A stretch of DNA of 64,000 bases, taken from Octopus bimaculoides (Eukaryota). The position numbers were made by a program, and so were the translations under genes. Shown here piece by piece: positions 1 through 11,408 of the stretch. The notes under the pieces are model-generated. The model was given only the letters and a program-made list of their open reading frames with translations, was not told where the DNA came from and did no database searches. Within the stretch, counting starts at the first letter, position 1; each line of letters opens with the position of its first letter. The stretch covers positions 115,818,214 to 115,882,213 of the forward strand of contig NC_068984.1 of NCBI RefSeq assembly GCF_001194135.2, given 5' to 3'.

Positions 1-235
1 CCTATCATAGTAGGTGCCTTAGGTATAATAAAAAAATATTCAGACAAATACATAACAAAAACACCAGGACTTACAAATATATATAACATACAGAAAATTG
101 CACTACTGGTTACTGCACACATTCTACGCAAAACACTTTCAATACAGTAACCATAAGAGCACCACAGCAAACCACAGCACAGAGCTGCGCTCGGTAGTGA
201 AGTGAAAGCACGTTATAAAAATAAAACTACTGAAC
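1..235 (+). mobile_element. 3' end of an R4/Dong-clade (RLE) non-LTR retrotransposon: ORF C-terminus plus 3' UTR
   Basis: Frame 1 (1-150) reads PIIVGALGIIKKYSDKYITKTPGLTNIYNIQKIALLVTAHILRKTLSIQ*, the typical RLE C-terminal GALG...QK.ALL.TA.ILR motif. 3' UTR motif AGAGCTGCGCTCGG (181-194) recurs at 20916-20929 on the minus strand. Ends in (AAT)n at 236-280. Confidence 0.85.
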
Positions 236-280
236 AATAATAATAATAATAGTAATAATGATAATAATAATGATAATTAT

Positions 281-628
281 CCTTTCCACTATAGGCATAC
301 AGCCTGAAATTTTGGGGAAGGTGACTAGTCGATTACATTGACCTTACTGTTTCACTGGTACTTAATTTATCGACCCCGAAAAGATGAAAGGCAATGATAA
401 TAGTAATAATGGTTCCAAATTTTCGCACAAGGTCAGCGACTTCGGTGAGTGGTAGTTAAGTCGATTACATGAACCTCAGTGCTAAATTGGTACCTATTAT
501 ATGTATACCAAAAGGAAGAAAGGCAAAGTCGACCCTGGTGGCATTTTAACTCAGGTCGTATATTTTGGACAAATGCTGTTAAGTATCTTTCCCGGCGTGG
601 TACGAAACTGCTATCTCGCCGCCTTAGT
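281..628 (-). mobile_element. Two tRNA-derived SINE family A copies (one 3' half, one degenerate full copy)
   Basis: Matches motifs repeated across the window (ggtacttaatttatcgaccccgaaaggatgaaaggcaaagtcgacc; aatttgaactcagaacgt). Abuts the (AAT)n tail of the Dong 3' end. Confidence 0.75.
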
Positions 629-769
629 TATAATAATAATAATGATAAGTACCAAGCATTGGCTTTCATGTCTTTTGATCTTAACTGATTGGAAGTGTTA
701 TCATGAACATTGTTTTGATATAAAAGATGGGCTACAGCAAATATTCTGCTCAATACCACGAATTTGCTT

Positions 770-1113
770 GTCAGCTCTTTGACCTTAACCAGTTGAGCAT
801 GTCCCTTGGTGGCTGACCATATGTGCATCTCTGATCATGGGGAAGCATCATAGCCATGTGTTGAGAGGAATTCTTTGGGGTTTGAATAATTCACTTTTAG
901 AAACATGGGTGTCTTGCTCAACATCCTTAAAAAAACCTTATTCAGGGACCTTTTGAGCAGAATGGGCTACTCGACCTGAAGAAAATTTTAACTGGGCCCC
1001 ATCTGCGAGGTCATGCGCTGTTTATCTTGATATGAGATCCCCATGCTGCGCACATATGGTTGTGATGCATGTGCCTGGTGTACCCTAATCAGACGGGTAG
1101 TCATGATGGGTAT
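770..1113. mobile_element. Dispersed repeat (family D), SINE- or LINE-derived, class unresolved
   Basis: ctgaagaaaatt(t/c)taact(g/a)gg(c/t)cccatctgc(g/a)aggtcatgc at ~976-1018 recurs at ~25842-25885. Runs into an N-gap. Confidence 0.45.
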
Positions 1114-2294
1114 NNNNNNNNNNNNNNNNNNNNNNNNNNNNNNNNNNNNNNNNNNNNNNNNNNNNNNNNNNNNNNNNNNNNNNNNNNNNNNNNNNNNNNN
1201 NNNNNNNNNNNNNNNNNNNNNNNNNNNNNNNNNNNNNNNNNNNNNNNNNNNNNNNNNNNNNNNNNNNNNNNNNNNNNNNNNNNNNNNNNNNNNNNNNNNN
1301 NNNNNNNNNNNNNNNNNNNNNNNNNNNNNNNNNNNNNNNNNNNNNNNNNNNNNNNNNNNNNNNNNNNNNNNNNNNNNNNNNNNNNNNNNNNNNNNNNNNN
1401 NNNNNNNNNNNNNNNNNNNNNNNNNNNNNNNNNNNNNNNNNNNNNNNNNNNNNNNNNNNNNNNNNNNNNNNNNNNNNNNNNNNNNNNNNNNNNNNNNNNN
1501 NNNNNNNNNNNNNNNNNNNNNNNNNNNNNNNNNNNNNNNNNNNNNNNNNNNNNNNNNNNNNNNNNNNNNNNNNNNNNNNNNNNNNNNNNNNNNNNNNNNN
1601 NNNNNNNNNNNNNNNNNNNNNNNNNNNNNNNNNNNNNNNNNNTATATATATATATATATATATATCCACATTGTTGTCTCTTCTCGGTCTCTCGCTTACA
1701 CATCAAAAATAATTATGAATACGAAAGATACATCAACACATGTCAATAAGCGTAAAAACGAAACCATAACAAAACCCAAGTCCGACGGACTAGAACAGGT
1801 TGAATCACTTCTTTTCAAGGCAGCGCTGTCAGCGGCCACTGGTAGTAATAAACACATTTGACCTCTGCTGAACCGAAGGGGTGCGAAAATCCTTTTGTTT
1901 CTATGGCTGACCCCTCTCCACCATCTGCCGAATCTATTTATAGACCTGCAGGTTATGAACTATTCACCAATCTACCTCCCAACTATTCAACTACAATGGT
2001 AGTAGTGGTGATGGTGATAATGAAACAAATAAAAATAATAATAATATGCTGCAGCTGCTGATACTAAATACTAGTAATGCTACAATAATACAACTACTAC
2101 TATTATGATAGTACAAGAATCTGAGGTCCAACTACCACCCTTACCACTACCCCCACTCCTGCTGCTGTTGCTGTTGCTGTTGCTGCAACCACTGGTATAC
2201 TACTCATAAAAACAATAATACCAGTGATATCCGTGGTGATAAGGAAACGGATGGAGTCTTCTTATGGGCTAATGATACATTAGTGTGTGTATGT

Positions 2295-2480
2295 GTGTGA
2301 GGGCGAATGGCCTAGTGGTCAGGGTGTTGCATTCTCGATCACAAGATCGCGCCTTCAGTTCTTGCACCGCATGGTGCGTTGTGTTATAGCCTCAACACCA
2401 GATGTACTGTATATTGTGCACTTCTTGAAGCAACGTTTATTTGATGGCGAAAGTTTCACAGACTACCTGAGACCAATATC
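2295..2480 (+). mobile_element. Degenerate tRNA-derived SINE (family G)
   Basis: A-box-like TGGCCTAGTGG head; body (caacaccaga-gtg...gcaacgt) is similar to ~16760-17030. Confidence 0.45.
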
Positions 2481-2516
2481 ATGTATGTATGCATGTACAA
2501 ATATATATACAAAGTA

Positions 2517-2787
2517 ATGACCGTCATGAATGACCATGGGACAGCACCAAGAAAGTTCCTCTCCGAGGCACAAGTCCGGGAAAATTTCTTTATGGAAGGC
2601 CAGCAGTAGCCCATGAATACCAGCCTCCTTTCTCTCCTCAGCCACCGATGTTATCCGAAGGAAAGGCAAAAGCCGATACACCAGTGATGTTGCAGCTCAT
2701 TTCTATAGCTAAGTGAACCGGAACAGGAACTCGAACTAACTACCTATTAATTGTGAGCCCGATGCTATAACCACTGAGCTATGCGCC
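2517..2787 (-). mobile_element. tRNA-derived SINE (family E)
   Basis: Minus strand begins GGCGCATAGCTCAGTGGTTATAGCATCGGGCTCACAA...GTTCGAGTTCC, a tRNA-like head with A and B boxes, followed by a non-tRNA body. Confidence 0.55.
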
Positions 2788-4145
2788 NNNNNNNNNNNNN
2801 NNNNNNNNNNNNNNNNNNNNNNNNNNNNNNNNCACACACACACACACACACACACACATTGCCTATGTTTAGATTATAAAGCATTGATGGTATCTGTAAT
2901 TGAGTCATACATTAATGGAATTAGATAATCTTCTGGTTAAATTATATATTCTGTCAGTGAATGCCGGTTGTTTCCACTAGTTTTCTTAACTAATTACGCG
3001 TGATAAGGATTATGTGAAAATTTAGGTTTAATAAGCTGAGCGTTTCGATAAAAGCTGAACAATATTCCGTGAACTTTTTCTGATCCTCTTTACAACTTCC
3101 CTACAATGAGTAGACTACGATATTTCTTCATTCCTTCGTGATTTTCATCACAAGAATTATCTTTCTCATAAGATCGACGGAGATTAACAGGAAATTTTAT
3201 GAGATTTGTGAAACGCAAATATAGGAATATACAGTCGCAGTGCCTAACATTTACGACACCGTCTGCACTTGAAGTGAGAGACTAGTTAGTAGTTGATCAG
3301 TATCCTTATATATTTACGCTAAACTGGTTTAATCTTATTAAGCGTACTATCAAACGTTTAATCTTATCAAATATACAGCATAAGCAATAATCGACATCCT
3401 TCTATTATCACAATAACGATATGATGAAGCTTTCATCTGTACAATATTTAGTTTAAAGAAACATATCTAACAGCTATACCTCAGAAGCTTCTTATTAATC
3501 GTTTTATCTTTGCTGTTCGTCTTCTTCTTTCATTTCTTTAATATCGTATTTGATTGTAGTCAGAATTGATGGACGTTTCCCAACAAATCTCGACATTTGC
3601 GTAGTCAAATGTTAAATTTCACCCTTAATTAATTATTGGCCTAGTATCGCACTAATATCGATATTATACTAAATATTACAGTAAATTAGTTTTCCTATGT
3701 TAACAGGAACTGATGGGTTGATGATTAAATTTTCATATCAAATAATTATGAGCTGACAGAAATATCTTACAAATTGACTGACAGGTTCTGAGCATTGCAT
3801 CATCGTGGTTTGAAATCAAGGAAAACAAAATAAAAGTTATAAAAAGGGACATGCACTTACTTATGATCATGAAGTATATAGTTGTTCTGAATTCTGTTAG
3901 GTTAAATACACACTCAATTAAAATATATGAATATCACCGAATAAATTTAGAGATCTGAAACGATATCGGCATACATAAAAATAATGTGTTCTATGAATTC
4001 CATAAATTATAAGGTTTAAAAAATTTATTATTTTATCATTATATCTTTTCAAATTACAATAAAACCAGTTCTAAACATCAAAAGTATCTATTAAATTCTT
4101 GCAAAATATAAATGATTAAAATAATGAAATACCACGTTTTATACC

Positions 4146-4186
<41 letters not shown>

Positions 4187-7100
4187 NNNNNNNNNNTATA
4201 TATATATATAAACTATGAAAATTTACACACACACACACAGATATATTGTTGCGCTTGTTTTTAAAAAAAATTAAACTTCGATCACAGCAAAATTGTTATA
4301 TTTTAAAGGATATTCGGTAGAAAATATTTTCACATTTCTTAACAGATACTTCGTTTCGAGTATCGAAAATATCATAATGGATTTATTTTTTATAACACTT
4401 AATCGTAAAAGCATGTTTTTTTTAAAAATACATATATACATTTTAACACTCTTTTTAGATGTTAAAATATAATTATTGTAAAAAAACACTTCAAGAAATT
4501 TTCCCTATAATACTCACATAAATTCTGGGAAAAATCAAATTAGTTTAGAAACATGGTATTCAATTATTCATACGAAGTCTATAATTCGCGCGTTGCTGAT
4601 AGTATACTAAAAGGGTTATTGGGAGTGTTTCTATGATGGCTACCACCCAAAGAAAAACTTCAAATCAGCTAAGCATTCATTAATTATTCAGTACGTCTTA
4701 CAGTTGCAACACTTTGAAATAATGTTTGATATAACCTAGATATAGTTATGATCAGTGCAATTGTAGTATGCATAAAACTTCACCTGTCCTTTCATAAAGA
4801 GAAAGTAATCGTATCGCCTATATTCATACAGAGATAATGAGCTTCCACTGGGCGTTATTAAAGGTCCTGCGAGTGATTGTGTGGTTTCGGAAACAAACTG
4901 GTGTGTATTTTGGTAGTTGCAAAATTATATATTGGTGCTTCTAGAATTAATACATTCATTTAGTAAGGAATCTTCAGTATCTTACAATATATTCAGTACA
5001 ATAGTCGACTACTTGAAATAATGCAAATAAGAAAATGTTAGCTCCCTACGATGACAAATTTGGCATAAATACAACATAATTTATAAGGAAGTCACTTTAA
5101 CATATTTTCTCATACTAGGTGGGACACATTTAAATATTAATGACTTCAATAATTCTTTTTGTTTCCATTGAGAGGACATTATCGATTCACTTATCTTTAG
5201 AATTCTAACAGAAAACTATAATCTTCAGTTACAGAGTTTGTTTTTCATTCATCAGAATGATAGAGATTCCGGAATATAAGCAGTAAAGTTGCATGTTTTG
5301 GCACTTTAGAATAAAAGGCTTCAGCTGAATTTAAAATAAATCGAAACTATTCTCAAATACTTTGCACAAAAGGACACGAGTCCTGAAGTGTTTATTTAAA
5401 AGTGCATTTAGACAGCTGGTTCTTTAAACAAAATATTAAGATAGCAACGGAAGGCCTACCAATTTCTGAAATTTATTAATAAAGTAACAAATGTAAAACT
5501 ATGAACAAAGTAACATTAAATAATGAATATGATGACATTGCATATTCATAATGGCGGTTTTTTACGAAATTATTCAGAAGAGAGATTTTAAATTAAGAAA
5601 CCACTCATGAAGCTTGTCGTTCCATAAAACAAATCGATACAATAAGTACGAGATTTAAAATAAGTACCTGAGGCTATTCGTTCGACTAACTCTAACAGAC
5701 GGTGCTCCATCATGGACGCAGTTCAATGACCTAAATAAGTAAAAGACAAATTTTAACAGTCTGGATACCAAATTTCTTTAGTCTTTGTTATATCTTTGTG
5801 TATGATACTTATTACAGATTTCAGCATTTCCATACCCTTTGATACTATAATTTATATAGGTATGAAATGGAAGAAAAGGGGAATACCGGGCGTACAATTT
5901 CCATTCGAAAGATACAGATTAACTTTAAAATATAATATAAAAATACTTGTACCACGCTGTGGGATCGACTCCAGCATCACGTGATTTCAGCGCAAACTAC
6001 TTGATCCTAAATCTATGCATGCAGCCACTTCTCATCCGTAGAAAACCCCATTCGTTTCTTGAAAGTGTCTACGAAATAAATAGTAATATTTTCCATAAAA
6101 ATGTCAGGTAATGTAATATACGTTACATAGTGACGGGCTCCGCATAGCAAGAACTAAGTTCCTATTAGATTGAATCTATAACCTTGCATTAATTCGAGGT
6201 CAAAGCAATTTCACTTCTGTTGTGTCACTAATACTTTTGGGAAATATAGGAAGATCTCAAGCTGCTTTGCTTTCTTCCACCGACTATATAGCATTTATTA
6301 TATATTATAGGAAGCGATAATTGAAAAAATATATATTAATATTTTTGCATATACGTTGTTGTAAAATCATTGCTGTAATTTAATTCTGGTGGTATTTTAT
6401 ATGTAAAAGCTGTGTTAATAAATATATTGAGAAAAAGAAAAATTGAAATTATGTTAGGCTACCATCAAGTGACAACCTGACAGATTGCCAGTCAAATAAT
6501 TAATGCAAACACACACATGTACAGACACAAGTACACACACACACGCACACACACACGTGTCCATCTTTCTTTTCTTCACGTGACCATCTTTCCTTTCCTG
6601 CACGGACGTTGAAAAGGACGGCCGTTTTTTCTCTCTCTCTTCTATCTCTTTCTCTTGTCAAAAAAAGAAAAGTGTTTCTCCCAGTGTTCATTGTTTTTCT
6701 CTCGTTCTGGTCTAACAACCCTCCATGTCTATTTTCGTTCGGTTTCCTTGGATGTCTCCACTGTCATGTTTTTTTCCCNNNNNNNNNNNNNNNNNNNNNN
6801 NNNNNNNNNNNNNNNNNNNNNNNNNNNNNNNNNNNNNNNNNNNNNNNNNNNNNNNNNNNNNNNNNNNNNNNNNNNNNNNNNNNNNNNNNNNNNNNNNNNN
6901 NNNNNNNNNNNNNNNNNNNNNNNNNNNNNNNNNNNNNNNNNNNNNNNNNNNNNNNNNNNNNNNNNNNNNNNNNNNNNNNNNNNNNNNNNNNNNNNNNNNN
7001 NNNNNNNNNNNNNNNNNNNNNNNNNNNNNNNNNNNNNNNNNNNNNNNNNNNNNNNNNNNNNNNNNNNNNNNNNNNNNNNNNNNNNNNNNNNNNNNNNNNN

Positions 7101-7579
7101 NNNNNNNNNNNNNNNNNNNNNNNNNNNNNNNNNNNNNNNNNNNNNNNNNNNNNNNNNNNNNNNNNNNNNNNNNNNNNNNNNNNNNNNNNNNNNNNNNNNN
7201 NNNNNNNNNNNNNNNNATGTATGTATGTATGTATGTGCGTGTACATTAGTGCGCGTATGCATCTGTGTACATGCGTATGCATGTGTGCATGCCTATACAC
7301 ATGTATGTATATATGTATATATGTATGTATGTGAGTATGCACGTATGTACTTATGGATGTACGTGAGTAATAGGGTAAGTGTGTAGATGTGTTTGTGTGT
7401 GTGTGTGTGCACATGTATGTACATGTTAATGTATGTTTATGTACTAATATGTGCGTCAGTTCAAGTTGTATACATGACAGTTACTTTGTTGAAGGTTGTA
7501 TATACGCACATATATACATATGCATATACACATATGTAAACACACACACACATATATGTGTGTGTGTGCGTTTGCCCCT

Positions 7580-7830
7580 CTCACTATCGTCTAACGGTGA
7601 ATTGATATCAATTCACCGTTGTGGTTTCGATTCCTGAACTGGGCGACGCGTTGTGTTCTTGACTACAACACGTCACTTCAATGTGCTCGAGTCCACACAG
7701 CTGACGAAAATGAGTAATCGTACAACGGACCAACGTTCAGTGTAGGTGAGGAATTTGTACACCATGGAAACCAGGAAACCGGCCCTTGTCAGTCTATATG
7801 ATTCGAGAAGGCAACTAACTTGTGCGTGAC
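7580..7830 (+). mobile_element. Degenerate SINE with B box and a V/Meta-like central domain
   Basis: GGTTTCGATTCC B box, then gcgttgtgttcttg...acac and catggaaaccaggaaaccggccc, which resemble conserved SINE central domains. Domain assignment is from memory, not alignment. Confidence 0.4.
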
Positions 7831-8257
7831 CATCTACAATCCAGTGACAAGACCAGAGCAAGACGACTGAGAATGGAAACGAATCCAGTGGATGCTCTAG
7901 ATATCTTACTTGCCTTACCTTGCTCTCTGCCCTCCATAAAGCAATGTTATAGCCTTCTTCGCCTCCGTGGAAACACGAAGTTTTCTTCTATAGAGTCTGT
8001 CGGATACAGGTTTCACATGCATGGGTAGACATCCTAAATAAGCTTATTAACCCATAGCTGGGACCCCGAAATGAACTGGGAACAATAGCACCCAGGAGGT
8101 GGCCCCAGATTCCTCAAAGCTATGGAGCCCCCGAGCTAGGGACCCCAATAACGGATGCAGTTTAAATTCGTACCTATATTCTTTCTTATTTCTTATATAT
8201 ACTTATATACATGCATCTATGCATACACACACATGGTGTATACATACAATGCATATA

Positions 8258-8305
<48 letters not shown>

Positions 8306-9409
8306 CGTATATGTATATGTATGCACCCCCCCCCATTCATTCTTGATTTCAAAAGTTCCTACACTAATCTGAATTAAAAAAACATGCAGCACGTTTGACT
8401 TGCTTCTTTTTTGAGCCAGAAGTCGTATATCTTTGACCAGTTTCTAAATGTATGTACCTTATGTAACATTGCCCATCGTTACATGTGATTAATAATTTCT
8501 CTTCCAATTCCAGAATATCCAAATTGAAACAGAGCAAAATAAAAACATTCAGACTTACCGTGACAAACGTGTATGTTTCTTTCAGATTTTCACATGAAGG
8601 CAGCCTTGATGCATGACAGGTAAAACTGAACGGTTTACATTGCTTACACAAGAAAATATCACCAATGTTCTCAGCATTGCACGTTTTTCAATCAACAAAA
8701 ATTAAAATAATTACCAAATAAATCATAAAAACAAAATAATGATCATTTTTAAAGGACCGACTGGACAAATTTTATTTATTATTTCGAAGTGCCATTATCC
8801 ATTCATAACAAATTTTAAAAATATCCAGTCACCTGGAGAACTAAAAGCAGAAGTCTAGAAATGATTACAAAGAGAAATCCCAATAATTAAGCATCTACTT
8901 CTAATAGTAATTCGAAAGGAAAATAAAGGGAAAGATAATTATAGGACAAGATGGAGCGATGAAGTAAAAAATTAAGAAACAAGATACTCCAATCTTTACA
9001 TAAAAATTAAAACGAAAAGTCACAAATGGAAGTACCATCAACAAATTCTAACCAGTACACATACACATACATACATAGAGATAAAATATCAAATATATTT
9101 GTTACTCCAAATATATATATATATATATAGTATTTCTAGAATTATGTGAAATAAGCTACAAATAATTTTTGGTCGATTAAAATTAATTTAAAGTTCAAGT
9201 GTACACACAATTACGCAACTCTATGATGAAATGATGAAACAAAAAATGTGGTCTTAGTCATTAAGATATTTTCTTCTTTATTCACAATATTTTTCTTTTT
9301 CATGTCTTTTTTTTGTTTTCTGTCTAAAATCTGGGGATAAAATATCAATGAATGTACTCTTGTTACTCCAAATACAGGCTTGTATAATTAGCCTAAATAC
9401 TATATTCTT

Positions 9410-9592
9410 TTCGACTCTAGCCACAAGGCTCGAACTTTTGGAGGAGGGGGCCAGTCAATTAGATCGACACCAGTACGCAATTGGTACTTAATTTATCGAC
9501 CCCCAAAGTATAAAAGGCAAAGTCGACCTCAACGGAATTTGAACTCAGAACGTGAAGACAGACGAAATACTGCTAAGCCAGCTCACCGCCTT
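9410..9592 (-). mobile_element. SINE family A (head internally deleted)
   Basis: Reverse complement of the family A consensus seen at 28762-28975. Confidence 0.85.
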
Positions 9593-9614
9593 AAAGCAAT
9601 ATTATATTATTAAA

Positions 9615-9848
9615 CAGGGCAGCGAGCTGGTAGAATCGTTAGCACGCTGTCGAAATGCTTAGCGGTATTTCGTCTGCCGTTACGTTCTGAGTTCAAATTC
9701 CGCCGAGGTCGACTTTGCCTTTCATCCTTTCGGGGTCGATTAAATAAGTACCTGTTACGCACTGGAGTGTTTTGTAATCGAATTAATCCCTTTGTCTGTC
9801 CTTGTTAGTCCCCTCTATGTTTAGTCCCCCTATGGGCAATAAAGAAAT
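9615..9848 (+). mobile_element. SINE family A variant with an alternative 3' tail
   Basis: A box TGGTAGAATCGTTAG and B box GAGTTCAAATTCC. The tail gtctgtccttgttagtcccctctat...gggcaataaagaaat replaces the usual ...ggccttgtgcctagagtagaaaag. Confidence 0.85.
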
Positions 9849-9914
9849 GAATATTATATTATGAAACGAACTATTAGCAGTTGAACAGGACTTAATGAAA
9901 AATAAAATAAGCAA

Positions 9915-10435
9915 CATGTCCTCGGCGGAATTTGAACTCAGAACGTAACGACGGGCGAAATACCGCTAAGCATTTCGTCCAGCGTGCTAACGATTCTGCC
10001 AGCTCACCATCTTTTTGGCACAAGAATTGTAATTCTTAGGAGAGGGAATTAGTCGATAACAATGACCCTGAGACTCGACTGCAACTTTATTTTGACAACT
10101 CCCGAAAGGATGAATTGAAAATTTGACCTCGGCAGGATTAAACACCGAACGTAAAGCTGGAAAAACACGTTGCTAAGCATTTTTTTGACATGCTAATGAT
10201 TGTGCGAGGTCACCGCCTTCGGATTGTCTTAAAAAATGCTTTCAAATTTTCGTACAAGGCCAGCAGTTTTATTAGGACAGTGGGTAGTTCACGACATAGA
10301 TTTTAGTGCAGTACTAGTACGTATTTGATTGACTTCGAAAGGATGAATGGTGGAATTTAAGGTCAGAACGTAAAAACAGAGGACATGCGCGAAGACTTTT
10401 GTCCGGTGTGCCAATGATTCTGGAAGCTCGCAACC
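9915..10435 (-). mobile_element. Three head-to-tail SINE family A copies of increasing divergence
   Basis: Repeated motif order: tail (ggcacaag), gtcga...gacc, gacctcggc, gaactcagaacgta, gctaacgattctg. Confidence 0.75.
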
Positions 10436-10732
10436 TTGTTCATTAAAAATAATAAAAGTTAAATCAGATATTTTCACCGAAGTCTTGTACTGTTGTTATT
10501 TAGTTCGTTCCATTATATTTTTAATTGTTTTCCAATCATTTGCTTAAATGTTTAAATTAAATTACGAAATGTTAGGTTTTGTTGATGCTGACCTCAATTT
10601 CTATACATCGTCTACTATTACGAATAACCATTAAAACGAATATGTCCAACAATTTGTTGCTTCTAAAATATATTTAATTCGTTTATATAGACGTAAGCGT
10701 GGCTATATAGTTAAACGTTCGCTTCGCAATCT

Positions 10733-11188
10733 TCTCACATCTCAGAACACAATGCTTCTCACATCTCAGAAACACAGACGTGCACTAATTCGTACAGTAG
10801 AAACTTGCATGAAATTACCCAACAAAAGCAATATAATAATAATCCTTTCTTTTATAGGTCCGAGGCTTGCATTTATGTGAGAAGAGCTAGTGGACTCCAG
10901 TGTTCAACTGGCACTTTTGTTATCGATCTCGAAAAATGAAATGCAACATCGACCTCGGCCTCTCACATCTCAGAACATAATGCTTCTCACATCTCAGAAA
11001 CACAGACGTGCACTAATTCGTACAGTAGAAACTTGTATGAAACTACCCAACAAAACCAATTTAATAATAATCCTTTCTTTTATAGGTACGAGGCTTTTCA
11101 TTTATGGGAGAAGAGCTAGTGGACCCCAGTGTTCAACTGGCACTTTTGTTATCGATCTCGAAAAATGAAATGCAACATCGACCTCGGC
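10733..11188. repeat. 228-bp tandem duplication (10733-10960 / 10961-11188) containing part of a SINE A
   Basis: tctcacatctcagaac...catcgacctcggc occurs twice in direct orientation with few substitutions. The SINE continues only after the second copy (to ~11260). Confidence 0.9.
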
Positions 11189-11408
11189 GGAATTTGAACT
11201 CAAAACATAAAACCAGATGAAATGTTGCTAAGCATATTTCCCAGCATGCTAACAATTCTGCTGTCTTAATAATAATTCTTTCTGTTATAGGGACAAGGCT
11301 TGAAATTTTTGTGGAGAGCATAGTCGATTACATCGTCCCCAGTGTTCAACTAGTACTTATTTTATTGACTCCGAATAAATAATAACAGCAACAATAATAA
11401 TAATAATA

